Origin: Octopus vulgaris
Lineage: Eukaryota
Direction: 5' to 3'
DNA: 64,000 nucleotides
Assembly (NCBI GenBank): GCA_951406725.2
Contig: OX597834.1
Coordinates: forward strand, 32,116,001 to 32,180,000
Shown here: positions 26,880 through 40,615 of the stretch, in pieces
How the letters are laid out: each line of letters opens with the position of its first letter
Position numbering within the stretch: the stretch's first letter is position 1
Notes under the pieces: model-generated
Seen by the model: only the letters and a program-made list of their open reading frames with translations
Databases searched by the model: none
What the model was told of the DNA's origin: nothing
Made by a program: the position numbers and the translations under genes

Positions 26880-28135
26880 TTGGGTCATCTCAAATAATGT
26901 GGTTTTTTCAATTGCATGAACTAAAAGTCGGAGGGAGATGGGATAAACTACCTGCATCATCAACTTGCATTAAAAGCAGGTAGTAATTTTACCATGTGCT
27001 TATTCTTAGTGCAAGTTTTAAAAAGTGCAGTTCGATTTTGACAGTTATTTTTTCAAAGTTATAATGAAAATGACAAAAGAGCATATTCGTCATTTTGCTT
27101 TATGAATTCAATAAAGGCAACAGTGCAATGGAAAGTGCGAGGAATATTAATGGAGTATATGTGGATCAGACAATAAGTGTAAGCCAGTGTCAATAGTGGT
27201 TCCAGGAATTCCAAGCCGGAAACTACAGCCTAAAAGACAAGCCTCTCCCGGAAGATCTGTACAGCTCAACGAGGATATCTTGCAAACTCTTGTGGAACAA
27301 AATCCCACTGTAAATGTTGAGGAAGTAGCAGAGAAGCTTGGGTTTGGTCATTCAACCATTCATCAACACCTGCATGCCATCGGAAAAGTCAGCAAATCTG
27401 GTCAATGAGTTTCGCACTAACTTTCCAACTTTCAGAGTTAATGTGTGCTCTTCTTTGCTCTCATGTCTCACGAATGAACCTTTTTTGGACTGAATAGTGA
27501 CTGGTGACGAGAAATATGTTCTCTATAAAAATGACAAGCACCAAAGACGGTAGGGAAAGGAGAAACACCGTCACCCCAGGCTAAAGGTCTTCACCCACAT
27601 ATGGTGTTATTTGTTTGGTGGGATATGAAGGGTTTAGTCCACTTTGAACTTTTAGACCCAAACCAAATAAGAAAGCAGATCTACTGTGAGCAGCTGGAGT
27701 GGCTTAAGTGAGCACTAGAAGGAAAATGACCGTCTGTGGTTTCAAGACAAAAGATGTCCTTCCATCAAGATTATGCTCAGCCATGCATAGTAAGGATGAC
27801 ATTCAAAGGGCTGGAGCAGTTTGAATGGGAAATGATGCCCCACCCACCATATTTGCCAGACCTTGCTCCATCTGATTATCACTTATTCCACAGTCTTTAA
27901 AATCATTTGGACAAATAATATGAATTTTGTAGATGAGGTCAGAACAGTAGTGGAGGAGTATTTTTCGTCACAGACAAGTTAATTTTGGAAGAGGGGCCTT
28001 GTAAGTGTACCAGATAGACAGAAGAAGAGCATTGTAGAAAATGAAGGGTTATATATTTTAGATTAAAAAAGAACTTTATCATAATTTTGAAAAATAAAAG
28101 AAATATAAAAAAAACACATTTACGGGATGACCTGA
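26880..28135 (+). mobile_element. Full-length degenerate mariner (Tc1/mariner) transposon in SNRPE intron 3, transposase inactivated
   Basis: Imperfect TIRs TTGGGTCATCTCAAATAATGTGG / CACATTTACGGGATGACCTGA with TA on both sides. Transposase remnants YEFNKGNSA, IVTGDEKYVLY and HPPYLPDLAPSDYHLF are interrupted by stops and frameshifts. Length about 1.26 kb. Confidence 0.92.
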
Positions 28136-29230
28136 TAGATAGTAAACTGTAAAGACATCTGGTATCTCACATCATGTTGACATTGATCTTTTCTATAACA
28201 TTTAACACAGATATCCCTCAGATATCCACGTCTTCAGCTGTAGCCTTTTACTACGTTTGTGTTTTTGTCAGTGATAATCAATTACTGATTACTACTACCA
28301 CTCCTCCTCCTCTCACACATAAAAGGCAGTGAACTGGAAGAAATACTGCAAAGCATTTCTTCTAGATCTCTATGTTCTGAGTTCAAATCCCAACCCACCC
28401 TTTCAGGGTTGGTAAAACAGAGGAGTAAAGTACTGGGGTTAGTGTCCCCCTAACATTGCTGGCTTTGTGCCAAAATTTGAAACCATTTTTATTATTGTTA
28501 TTTCAGACAGTGAACTGGTAGAATTGTTAGAGCGTCAGAAAGAATGCCGTGTAGAAATTTCTTCTGGTTCTTTACATTCTGAGTTCAGATCACTTTGGGG
28601 TCAACTTTGCCATTCATTTCTCTGGGGTTGAATAAAGTATCAGTCAAATACTAGGGCCAATGTTGTCGACTAAACCCTCCTCCTCAAAACTGCTGTCCTT
28701 GTGTTGAAGTTGGAAACCCTTGTTAATTCAGACCCTTGAAGGCAGTGGTTTAGCAGAATCATTAGGGCAAGGGACAATAAATACCCTGTGGTATTTGTTC
28801 CTGTTTCTTGTGCTCCGAGTTGAAATCCTGTCATGGTTAGCTTTGCCCTTCATCCTTTTGAGGGTCGATAAAATAAAGTTCGCTTAGGTCTGATAGGAGC
28901 CCTATGATTCATAAGGCCAGAGCTTGATCAGATTCCCATGGCATGTAAGTGGCTGAAATCCTCCCCCACCACTTTCAAATACACACCTGAACGAGACGCT
29001 AGTCCATTGCAAGGTTAACTTCCCAGCTTTTGCTGGAACTCATTTTACTGCTGAGTGAACCTGAAGCAATGTTGGATGAAGTGTTTTGTTCAATTACTCA
29101 GCATACCACCCAGTCTAGGAATTGAAACCACAGTTTTACGACTGCGAATGCAACCCCCTAATGACTGGCCACACATCTTCACAATAAAATTCAGTCCCAG
29201 TTAAACACAAAACTCAATGGTATTAATGAA

Positions 29231-29461
29231 GGCGGTGAGTTGGCAGAAACGTTAGCACGCCGGGCGAAATGCTGGACGGTATTTCGTCTGCCGCTACGTT
29301 CTGAGTTCAAATTCCGCCGAGGTCGACTTTGCCTTTCATCCCTTCGGGGTCGATTAAATAAGTACCAGTTACACACTTGGGTCGATGTAATCGACTTAAT
29401 ACCTATGTCTGTCCTTGTTTGTCCCCTCTGTGTTTAGCCCCTTGTGGGTAATAAAGAAATA
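29231..29461 (+). mobile_element. SINE family M, full length, young
   Basis: 12-bp TSD GGTATTAATGAA at 29219-29230 and 29462-29473. Confidence 0.9.
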
Positions 29462-29603
29462 GGTATTAATGAATGCCTTCTCCTCAAATCTGAGGAACAG
29501 TGTCAAGCTTTTGTAGAATTGAATTGAACTTGTATAAACTGCCTGATGTTAAATTGGAGTGTTTTAATAACATTGTTAAACCTGATGTCTGTTTAAATTG
29601 CAG

Positions 29604-29682
29604 GGTTTTGATGAATACATGAATCTCTGTTTGGATGATGCTGAAGAGGTTTATATGAAGACAAAAACCAGAAAACAGCTGG
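29604..29682 (+). CDS. SNRPE: SmE exon 4
   Basis: [26 protein letters not shown](G) contains the Sm1 motif. CAG and GTAGGT boundaries. Confidence 0.97.
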
Positions 29683-30817
29683 GTAGGTGTTTGTGTTTCA
29701 GTTTTTCTTTCCTCTGTATTTGTGGAGACCAACCCTATGGAGTTTTAGCCATTAGCATTTAAACCAGTCACATCTGGCCAAAATATTATATCCGTTTTTG
29801 TCCAAACAGACCAGATCCAGCCTTTCTCACTGACCCTACAATGTCATTTTGAGAAAGGAAGAATCACATCATTGAAACCTTGAAGCTATGAGATAAATCG
29901 TGATTAATTCAGAACAATGTTAAAAAGACAAGCATTACATTTAACATTGTAATCTGAATGCTAAAGAATTAAAAAAAAATGTTTATGATTTGAGACAATC
30001 CTGTTGGGTCAGAGCTTATCTGGGTTTCTGTAGCATTTATGTAATTGGAAGTATAAGATTCCCAGCTCGTGACAGTTGACCCCATTCTCATCTGCTGCTA
30101 GTTCTTGACTTTAGCTTACCTCCCTTGGAAATGGGTAAAGATTGGTGACAGGAAGGGCATCCAGCTGTAGAAAATCTCCCCCAGCAAAATCCTTCCAGCC
30201 CATGCAAACATGGTAAAAGCAGATGTCCAAACAATGATGAAAGACTTGAAGTAACTTAGAATGATGTGCTTTGCTGAAGGTGACCATGTGCCCTTTGGTC
30301 AAGCCCTCAACATACTAATCGTAAACCTAGCACACTTTCTACTCAGTGTTATATCCCATCATCATTTAACGTTTGTTTTCCTTGCTGACATGGGTTGGAC
30401 AGTTTAACGGGGCCCAGTTAATCAAGGGGCTGCACATAGCTCCAGTGTCTGCTGTGCAGAGAGGCCTGTTGGGTGGATTGTACCCATAATTCAAACGTTC
30501 AACCTAGTTACGTGGGGTATTGCTCTAGTACCAAAACTGTCAATTGCCATACCAACAATTATTGTTTTTATCGTGCATGTGTGTATGAGGGGGTAGGGTG
30601 CTGAAAAGTTCCTGGGTATTACAAAGGGCCTATTTGGAAGCCCTTCTGAAAGGGGTCCCATGATTAGTTTAGGACTTTGAGTCTGAGCTAATGGTATCCA
30701 AAACAACCAAAGCTATCTGAACCTGTCACTTTTTTCTTTCCTTTTTTATTTGTCAGTGTATTTCTTCTCCCTTACCTTTCTTGCTGTTTTATATTTTTAT
30801 ATTGCTTTACTTTTCAG

Positions 30818-30876
30818 GTCGCATACTGCTGAAAGGTGAAAACATTACATTACTACAACAGGTGGATCAAAAATGA
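30818..30876 (+). CDS. SNRPE: SmE exon 5 (terminal)
   Basis: (G)RILLKGENITLLQQVDQK* contains the Sm2 motif. Spliced CDS is 279 nt, 92 aa. Confidence 0.97.
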
Positions 30877-31188
30877 AGAGGATTCCCTTCCTCTCCCCCA
30901 CTTGCATCCCTGTAAAATGCCAAACAGAATTTGCAGTGATCAAACTTGTACAATATAAATGGACTCGCCTATAATTATGCCCCAGTGTCACCAGGATACA
31001 TTGTCCTTGGTCATAATTTATAAAGGACTCCTCGACTGTGTGTGTGGATGGTAGCAGCTCTGTGACCATTTCTTGTTTTATTTCTAGAAACTCCATTGTA
31101 GGTGTGTGTGTGTGGAAGAGTGACAGTCATTTTATAAATATTACATTTCACAAATTTATTCCATTTTATTTTCACCTTCAATTCATAA

Positions 31189-31194
31189 AATAAA
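31189..31194 (+). terminator. Probable SNRPE polyadenylation signal
   Basis: AATAAA about 310 nt after the stop, followed by a T/GT-rich tract. Confidence 0.6.
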
Positions 31195-32174
31195 CAAATT
31201 TCCAGCTTTTTGTTTTTTCAATCTTAGTCTTTAACTCTTATCTTTTATTTTAGTTGTGAGACTGGCCAAATAGAATTTAACGGTTCTGCCAGCTCACCAC
31301 CCTTAGATTGTTTAATTTTAGGGCAGGAAAAAGTGCTCTTGGTCCTCTTATGTATTGAAAGTATGTAAAGCAAATAGTCATGTAATCAACTGAACCAAGG
31401 TTGGTTCCAGGCTGGTGGTGTAAAAACTTAACAGGTAAGGGTTAAGTGCACCTGGCTGTAAAGCAAAGACATATATACACAAACTTAAACGATTAAGAGG
31501 TCGGATCAAAAAGTATCAAGACTGGTGTTATAGAAAAAGAAAACTACAACACATCAATTCAGCATTTAATCTCCTTCCAATCTGTCACAATTATCCACTG
31601 CCATTTCCAGTGATGGAAGTATTCCTGGAACTCCTCCTTTTGGTGTAGTGAGCAGCTGCCTTGTTGCATTCTCTTGGATCTCCTCCTCATCATCATTTAA
31701 CGTCTGCTTTCCATGCTGGCATGAGTTGGATGGTTAGACTGGGGACTGGCAAGCCAGGAGTCTGCGCCAGGCCCCAATCTGATCTGGTAAGGTTTCTACA
31801 GCTGGATGCCCTTCCTAACACCAACCACTCCAAGAGTGTAGTAGTGGGTACGTTTTACATGCCACCAGCACTGGCATTGACCATGTATGGATGGTGCTTT
31901 GTACGTGCTGCTGGCATCTTGAAATCGTTGGGATCTTCCAATGCAAAGAATGAACCTTGGTTTCAGGATAGCCATAGACACACAATTCGGCACCAGTTAC
32001 GTCTATTTTCAAAATGTTTACATCTTCCTGAACCCAATCAGGGAGATCCTGGGCAGCTGAAGTGACCACACACTACTTTACTTCTAAGCACTGATATGAT
32101 CAACAGAAGGGAGCAAGAACATTATACCTTGGTGTGCATGCAGGACAGAGTTGAAGCTCAATCTGTGGCCTTGG

Positions 32175-32533
32175 CTCTTTACTCTTTTCAGTCATTTGAC
32201 TGCGGCCATGCTGGAGCACCGCCTTTAATCGAGCAACTCGACACCGGGACTTATTCTTTTGTAAGCCCAGTACTTATTCTATCGGTCTCTTTTGCCGAAC
32301 CGCTAAGTAACGGGGACGTAAACACACCAGCAAACACACACGCGCATATATATATATACACATATATACGACGAGCTTCTTTCAGTTTCCGTCTACCAAA
32401 TCCACTCACAAGGCTTTGGTCGGCCCGAGGCTATAGTAGAAGACACTTGCCCAAGGTGCCACGCAGTGGGGCCGAACCCGGAACCATGTGGTTGGTAAAC
32501 AAGTTACTTACCACACAGCCACTCCTGCGCCTA
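32175..32533 (-). mobile_element. tRNA-derived CORE-like SINE, full length
   Basis: Head GGCGCAGGAGTGGCTGTGTGGTAAG and CORE-like GGCACCTTGGGCAAGTG. Many homologs in the window. Confidence 0.85.
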
Positions 32534-32544
32534 TAAACAAAGCG

Positions 32545-32594
32545 TTCCCATGCCGGGAATCGAACCCGGGCCGCCTGGGTGAAAGCCAGGAATC
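32545..32594 (-). pseudogene. 5'-truncated tRNA-Glu(TTC)
   Basis: Minus strand GATTCCTGGCTTTCACCCAGGCGGCCCGGGTTCGATTCCCGGCATGGGAA gives the anticodon arm (TTC), T arm and 3' acceptor strand. The 5' ~22 nt are missing and there is no CCA. Confidence 0.85.
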
Positions 32595-33808
32595 TGTTAA
32601 CATAATACTTTTTGATCCGAGCTCATACCTATATACAATAAATTGAAAAGAGAGAAAAAAAAAAAATTACAAATGAAAAGTAAATTTAATAAAAATTGCA
32701 GCCAACAGTTACAAATATTTTTTTTTTCTTTCCTTGGTCTTTCACAGCTTCTAACAAAATAAGAACGAAAATAAACAGCAATTTAAATAAGGGTTGAAAT
32801 TTGTTTGGGGGGTCGGGGAATCTTTTGTTGTTTCTTTTTTGCATTAAATAGACTTTCACTGTCCGTGTTAATTAAAATAATTGAACAGTCATAAAAGTGT
32901 AATAATTAATTATTAAAGTAAATTACAAAATAATTAAAACAAAAATAAAGGTGGTGGTGGCTGGGGAAAAATCAACTCTCCTTAAAAACAGCGTTTCCAT
33001 GAAAGAAGGTCTTTGTTTTTGGGGTTTTTTCACAGTCTAAAACAGTTTTTTTTTTGGTTATTTTACAGTCTTTTTCAATTACTTCATTTTTTATATATAT
33101 ATATATAGCCATCAGTTATTCTTATTAAAAAAAAATTTTTTTTGAAGATCAGAAGAAAGAGATAAGGTGATGAGTGGGTGCTGGAAATTATAGTCATTTA
33201 ATTTTTGTTTGTTTTTTTTTTCCTTTTTAAATATTTTGTTTTTAGTCTTCAAAGGTCTAAAATTTACAAAGTAAAAGAAAAAAAAAAAAAAGAAAACAAC
33301 TGTTTGTTATTGGATATCAAGAATGTGCTTTCACCCACACGTTACTATAGAAACAGAAATTAAATTTAAGGTAGGCTGACTGAAGCTGTGTGTGAACCAG
33401 CCTTGAAATGGATTATCACACTATCCAGGAAGGAGTGACACCTCTCCTCCTGTCTCTTTCACACTGTATTTTTGGATGTACACACAGAGGAGAAAAATGG
33501 ACTCAATACGTTAGTTATATTCAATTGTTGGAAAACAGTGAGTCACATTGTTGCCACTCAAAATTTCTTACTATGATTGCAAGTTATTGAGTGAATCATC
33601 AGCTTTGACTGATATTATATACACAAAAACCGAGGCTATTAGTTTTAAAGGAAGTTTAAGGTTATTAAGGTTCTCGTTTTTGTTAAATGAATAAATAAGT
33701 CAACATCCTAATATCTGAAAGCCGATGAACCAACTAAAATTGTTTCTCCACTTTCTTATTTGTAATATAAATTAATGGTAAAATATTTCTTTACCTTCAC
33801 CCATTTAA

Positions 33809-34029
33809 CCCTTTAGTGTTTAAACCGGCTGTATCTGGCCCAAATATTCTACACATTTTATGCTCAAACTGGCCAGAACCAGCATCTCACACCTACCCTG
33901 CAATGTCATTCTAAAATTAAGCAATTATATCTTTCCTATCTTGAAGTTACAAAATAATATCAGATAAACTTTTTTGTAATGTGAATAAATAAGGATTATT
34001 TTTGCCAAATTAATCTGAATGCTAAAGGG
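33809..34029. mobile_element. piggyBac-like MITE, 221 bp
   Basis: TTAA on both sides, TIRs CCCTTTAG/CTAAAGGG. Diverged copies at about 29745-29970, 38395-38613 and 62318-62545. Confidence 0.8.
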
Positions 34030-34293
34030 TTAATACAATAAGTAAGTTTATTGCATTGCAATTAAAAACACTTGGGTATTATACCAACAGTATATTGGAT
34101 AAGTATTATTCCTTAGTGGGTTGGATCCACAACCCCTAACTTACTTGGTGTATACATATATATATAGACACTGATATTCTCTATATCATTGATGGGAGTT
34201 CCAGCTGTTGTGATGAAACTGGATGTCTGTCACTAAACAGTTCCAGCAGGTGAAACAATTAACAATATGAATAAGAATGCTTTTATGCACCAA

Positions 34294-34330
<37 letters not shown>

Positions 34331-37235
34331 AATATATTAGAAATGGGCAAATAAATACTTTACACATAGTAGGGGTTATTCTTTCAAAGTTGGTGATTCA
34401 CTCTGAACACACAGAAACAGGGGAAGAAACTTTTGAGTAGCAACATCTGGGATCTCATGCGCTAGGAATCTATACATGCGTGAGTGTGTGAAAGAGGTTT
34501 AAGGGGGAAGAAAGAAGTTCAGGTCCTTAAAATACTGCAACATTAATCTACCGAGACAATGGAGTGAGGGATTACTGTCTGGTGAAACTAGCAAACCAGG
34601 TTGACCCTTGTGGCACATGTATTCAGTGGGTCAAGCAGAAAAAAAGGGGTCTGATACCACCAGGAAATTTTACCATTTATTTCGATTAGCAACTGCTTAT
34701 CAAGTAGTTAAAATGATTTAGTTTGTCAAGGAGAGAGAGGCAGGTGGGACAAGCTGGAGCAGCCATAGACTAGAGTATAATTAGTAGAGGGTTTTTTTTT
34801 CTTTTTGGCACTAAGTGTATCACATTTTCATCAAGAATTTGATGAAATATATTTTGTTTTATTGGTGACTGCAAATTAGGCATCGTTAGCTTACTGGAGG
34901 GGACCTTAAGGGGTTCAATCTTGGAACAGAGGCTTTGATGGCTCCACAATTTAAGACTCAAAGCCTATGGTCCTGACATTCAAGACAAGCAGCGTGGAGC
35001 TGGTGTCGTCGAAGTCCCTCAAACCATTCCACTGCTCGGCATTATGGCATCGAAGCAACCTGCAGAGTCATCAAGTTTTTTTTTAGTTTTTTTTTTTAAT
35101 TATAGATGCTAGTATAGCTGTGTGGTTAAGAAGCTTGCTTTGCACCCAAATGGTTTGGGGTTCAGTCCTAGCCCACAGAACCTTGGGTTGATCAATGCCT
35201 TGAGTGAATTTGGTATACAGAAACTGTGTGGAAGCCTGTCATATATATAGTGTATATACATATGTGCATGGATGGGTCTTTTGTGTTTGACCTCCACTCA
35301 CAGCGTGACAACAAATGTCAGCTTTGTGTACTTCACTGTAACTTAGCAGTTCAGCAAAAAGAGACCAACAGAATAACTACCAGTCTTTTTGGGGTTTTTT
35401 TTTTGTAAAAAAAAAAATACTTAAGTCCTGAGGTCAATTTGTTTGACTAAAACCTTTGAAGGTAGTGCCCCAGCATGGTCGCGTTCCAATGACTGAAACA
35501 AGGAAAAGATAAACGTGACAGCCTCAGCATAAAATCAATGCGTGAGAGAGGGGGAGGAGGAGGGAAGAGAAGGTAGGTGGTGGAATATCTATAACTCCAC
35601 TCAGAGTATCCGAGTAATGGCATCATTTGATTGGACAAACTGTGTAATGTGACCATCATTTGATTGGACAGTAGCTTGTGGATATTGTCCAATCAACTCG
35701 CATTGTTATGAACCGATGAGGGAGGAATCTTTAGAACCAAAGAGAGAGAGAGAGAGAGAGAGACAGGCAGACAGAGAAAGAGAGAGAGTTTTTACATGGT
35801 TATTCAACTTGCTAAAAACAGCAGCCAAGTCTTGCTCAGAATATACATACTACTATGTTTTTTTTTTTAAATGGACACAAATAATGTTAGCCCTATATAT
35901 ACAATGTCAGGAAAAAAAAATTAAAAAAAAGAAATAGAATGACAGGATGGCCGTGGCTGGAACACTTTTGATCATAGGTCTTTTAGACCAACTCAAAATC
36001 CTACCATGAGCCTAATGTAGAGCAAATAATTACCATCATTATATTAAGGATTGTTCTTACAGGACACAAAAAAAAAAAAAAAAATTAAATAAACAACAAA
36101 AATAGCCTCAGCAAGTTTCCAGGGGTAATTGGAAGTACTAATACTACTACTACTATTATTACTACTACTAATACCACCATCAAGAGGAGCAGCATTGTGT
36201 GATTCTATATGCATATCCTTATTCTACAGAGAACTTCCATCTGTTGTTGCAAGAAGAATATAAATATAAGTTTTGTTTGTTGGTTTGCAGTTGTGGCTCT
36301 GCCCCTCAGCCCAACTGCCATGGGTGGGAGAGAAAAAGGAAAAGGAAAAAAAGAAGACCTTGCAGTATGATGTTATCCTATCCAGGAAGGGGAATATTGC
36401 TCAATTCTTGAGAATTCGGACAATTCTGAGAAACTTGCAAAAATCAGCACTCCATCGGTTACGATGACGAGGGTTCCAGTTGGTTTGGTCGACAGAACCA
36501 CCTGCTTATGAAGTTAACATGCAAGTGGCTGAGTACTCCACAGACATGCATACCTTGAATATAAGTTCTCAGGGAAATTCAGCACTCCACAGAGTGTGAC
36601 AGGGGTGTCCCCTTTCAATTGCAGCTACTACTCATTTTCGCCAGCTGAGTAGACTGGAGCAACGTGAAATGAAGTGTCTTGCTCAAGGCTGTAATGCACT
36701 GTCAGGTATCAAACTCACGACTGTGAACCAATACCCTAATCACTCAGCCACTTGCCATAATATTAGTAGCAGGAGAGGAGCAGCCAATAGGGGCTTCCCT
36801 TTACAGAGGCTGGGCCAGCTAGAATCTTCATTATAATTGTTTTAATGTCTACTTTTTGCAGGCTTGTCTCAGGTGAATTCACTGAGGCAGACTTTTTATT
36901 GCTGGATGCTCTTCCAGTCACCAACCTTCACCTGTATGTTTCCAACAAAGGGAATGTTTCTCCACAGCCTGACAATGTTTTCTGGAAATGAAAAACACTG
37001 CTTCTATGATATTGGGTGACACTTGTTTACAACTATCACGCAACAAGACAAGGACATACACACACACACATACATACAACACACATTACAAGAAGTGAGA
37101 ACAAGTTCAATGAAGCTATGTCCAGCCACTTAGCATAATGCACTGAATAAGCATTTAATTCATAATCGATGGTCTGACAAAATATATTTTGTTCCCAAAG
37201 AGCTAGAGGTGAAATAACATTTTATCAGACTAACA

Positions 37236-37610
37236 GGCGCAGGAGTGGCTGTGTGGTAAGTAGCTTGCTTACCAACCACATGAATCTGGGTTCAGTCCCA
37301 CTGCGTGGCACCTTGGGCAAGTGTCTTCTACTATAGCCTCAGGTCGACCAAAGCCTTGTGAGTGGATTTGGTAGACGGAAACTGAAAGAAGCCCGTCGTA
37401 TATATGTATATGTGCATGTGTGTTTGTCCCCCTAGTATTGCTTGACAACCGATGCTGGTGTGTTTATGTCCCCGTCACTTAGCGGTTCGGCAAAAGAGAC
37501 CGATAGAATAAGTACTGGGCTTACAAAGCATAAGTCTCGGGGTTGAGTTGCTCAATTAAAGGTGGTGCTCCAGCATGGCCACAGTCAAATGACTGAAACA
37601 AGTAAAAGAG
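37236..37610 (+). mobile_element. tRNA-derived CORE-like SINE, full length
   Basis: Same family as 32175-32533. Other copies at about 35110, 41352-41960, 46514, 50712-51112, 51560 and 52145. Confidence 0.85.
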
Positions 37611-39779
37611 TAACAATTATGGATTAAAATGTTCATATATATATATATCCATCAAATCTACTTTCAGTTTCATTCTCTCCAACCGACTCACAAGGATTTG
37701 GCTGGTTCAGGGCTACAATTGAAGACATTGCCCAAGGTGCCCAGCAGTGAGACTGAACTCCAAGCCATGCTAAGCAAATTTCCTAACCAGACAGCCAACC
37801 CCTTCAAATCACACTCCAATGTTTTTGAAAAAAGAAAAGGACACATTAGATCTAATATGGGTCTAGGAATTTCCTATGTTTGAATCACAATAAAGAAATA
37901 GGAAAAAGATGACCACAGATGGAAAGCTTTTTAATTCTGTTGGATAATGGCTAAGCTAGGACTTAACAGCAGGAGTAGCAGAGGAAAAAACAGAGATTTA
38001 TAAAAAGAAATTTACAGGGTTAAGGTTTAATGTTCAGACCCCTACCTAATAAACCCCTAATTCTATATTTTCTGAAAGAGGCTAAGTGAGAGCTTTTATG
38101 TGATAGCTCAGTTTGCAAGAAATGACAGTCAAATCTCCCACAAATTGCATCTTTATTATATATATATATATATATATATACACTTATATATATAAAAGGA
38201 AAACACGAACAATGTGGTTGTAGATGAGATAGTCACAAGTACAAGGGTTTTGAACACAAATCTGTGTCGATCAGACAGACTTGGGGCTAAAGAACAGGTT
38301 TTATTCAATTCAAACAACTTCTATGTGTGTGTAATGAGGAAGGGGTCTGCACATTTTATCCATGTAGTCCCATGTTTCAATGCATTTAACATGTCAGCAT
38401 TTCAGATATGTGGCCATATCTGGCAACAAATATTGTTTTATGCTTAAATTTGGGCCAGATCTGATCTTTCACACCTATCCCACAATGTCATTCTAAGAAT
38501 AAAATGATCACATCATCGAAATCTCAAAGCTACGAGATAATGCACGATTAACTGAAAACACTGTGGCTAAATAAGCATTACATTCGACAGAGAAATCTGA
38601 ATGCTGAACAGTTAAGATGTTCTGCGGCAGAGCACTTGGGGTGGCCATACAATTGTGCAGTAGAACATGGGTTTTCAAGAGAGAAAGAGATGTGTGTGTG
38701 TGTTGCTGTGTAGGGAACAAGTGTACCTTATAAAACAGAGGTAACAGTATGAACTTAGTATTCAAAAGATTTTGTTCAGTTAAGTCTCCAAGAAAGGGAG
38801 AAATATCTCAAAATTTTTATTTTCCTTTTTGCATCTTTTTTTTGAATGACACGAGCAAGCTCAGATATCCAAAGAAACAGATAATATCCTACCATTCCTG
38901 ATGATTTGAAGAATTTGAGCCAAGGTGCTCGTGCCAGCCAACCTCTCTCTGTTTGCTTTCGGGTTTAAATTTTGGGAGATTTAGCTGTTACACTGAACAA
39001 AGAAGAGAAACGACAGAGAAGTGTCTTTATTACCTGAAGTGGTCCCTTTTTTCAAAGACAATACACTGTTGAGTGAGACCAAACCAAAATCGTTCCAGAT
39101 GTGACCATCCACATTCATTTTGTTTTTGATTATTTTCTCAGATATATTTTCCTGAACGACATGGTCTAACGTGTCCTTTTTCCTATCAAGATGGCAGGGT
39201 GTGATCTGAGGGCTATTTGACTGTTATTTCTTCCTCAATGGTTGTAGTAAATTAGAATGGTGTCTCCCTAACCAAGAAGATACTCTAAGACACTCTACAA
39301 TACTGGAGTCGATGCACTGATACACTGGGGTGGATATACTGATGTCCTGGGGTAGACACCCTGTTGGACTAGGGTAGGTATTGTTGTCCTGGGGTGGAGA
39401 CACGGGTAAAATAAAATAAAAAAGAAATTAAATAACAAAAATAAATTATGACCTAAAGAACCAGTAGTAGTAGTAATAGTAGTAGTAGAGTATGGTAGTA
39501 CTTTGTACAGGTTGTAGTAATGGTGGTGGTAGTATTGAAGTGGTGTAGTAGTAGTAGTAGTAGTAGTAGTTGTACTAAAGTATGACTGAGAGGCTATAGG
39601 AACAGTACTGTTTCAGGTAAAGCTGCAGCAATATGTAGCATGTAGCAGCTGTAGTTAGTAGTAATATTAGTGATGGTGGTGGTGGTGGTAGTAGTAGTAC
39701 TAGCAAGCAATGGTTGCTGTTGTAGTTGTTGTCATCGTAGAAGAAGTAGCAGTAGCGGTAGTTGCTAGGGTGGAGGTTG

Positions 39780-39842
39780 TTAACTGACGTTTGAAGAATA
39801 TGCCGACAAGATGGATTTCTCCAACCAAAATGAGTATTCATA
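39780..39842 (-). CDS. MVB12: MVB12 homolog, coding exon 9 (terminal)
   Basis: YEYSFWLEKSILSAYSSNVS* matches the UMA-domain YxYSFxxE motif. Acceptor TTTCAG. Confidence 0.9.
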   Translation of the reverse strand, partial: YEYSFWLEKSILSAYSSNVS

Positions 39843-39865
39843 CTGAAAGAGAAAACAGAAATATT

Positions 39866-39896
<31 letters not shown>

Positions 39897-39924
39897 CATT
39901 AAGCTCATCATCATCAAGATAATA

Positions 39925-40615
39925 AGTAAACTGGCAGAATCGTTAGCATTTAAGCTCAGAATGTTCGTTAGCATGCTGGACAAAATGCTTAGTGACATTT
40001 CGCCAATCGCTACGTTCTGAGTTCAAATTCCACCGAGGTTGACTTTGCCTTTCATCCTTTCGGGGTCAATAAATTAAGTAGCAGTTGCGTACTGGGGTCG
40101 ATGTGATCAACTCATTTCCTCCCCCAAAATGGCTGCCCTTGTAGCAAAATGTGAAACTATTAAAGGTAGCGAGCTGGCAGAACTGTTATCATGCTGAACA
40201 AAGTGCTTAGTGGTATTTCGTCAGTCGCTACGTTCTGAGTTCAAATTCTGCCAAGGTTGACTTTGCCCTTCATCCTTTCGGGGTCGATAAATCAAGTACC
40301 AGTGAAACACTGGAGTCGATATAATCAATTAACCCCCAACTCCCACAACATTTAAGGCCTTGTGCCTAGAGTAGAAAGGATTATTATTATTATCATCATA
40401 AAGGTGGCAATCTGGTAGAATCATTAGCATGTTAGATCAAATGTTTAGCTGCATTTCTTTTGGCAGTTTATGTCCCGAGTTCAAATCCTACCAGAACTCA
40501 CTTTAACTTTCATCCTTTCAAGGTCCATAAAATAAAGTACCTGTTGAGTACTGGGTCGATGTAATTGACTTATTGCTTTGTAGGCCTTATGCAAAAATTT
40601 GAAACCATTACCATT
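39925..40615 (+). mobile_element. Head-to-tail array of three family-M SINEs
   Basis: Heads at about 39925, 40164 and 40402, each preceded by an ATT-rich tail. Confidence 0.8.

Noticed and set aside
27064-28060. Functional or domesticated mariner transposase
   Set aside because: Multiple stops and frameshifts, and the motif around the second catalytic Asp is degraded.
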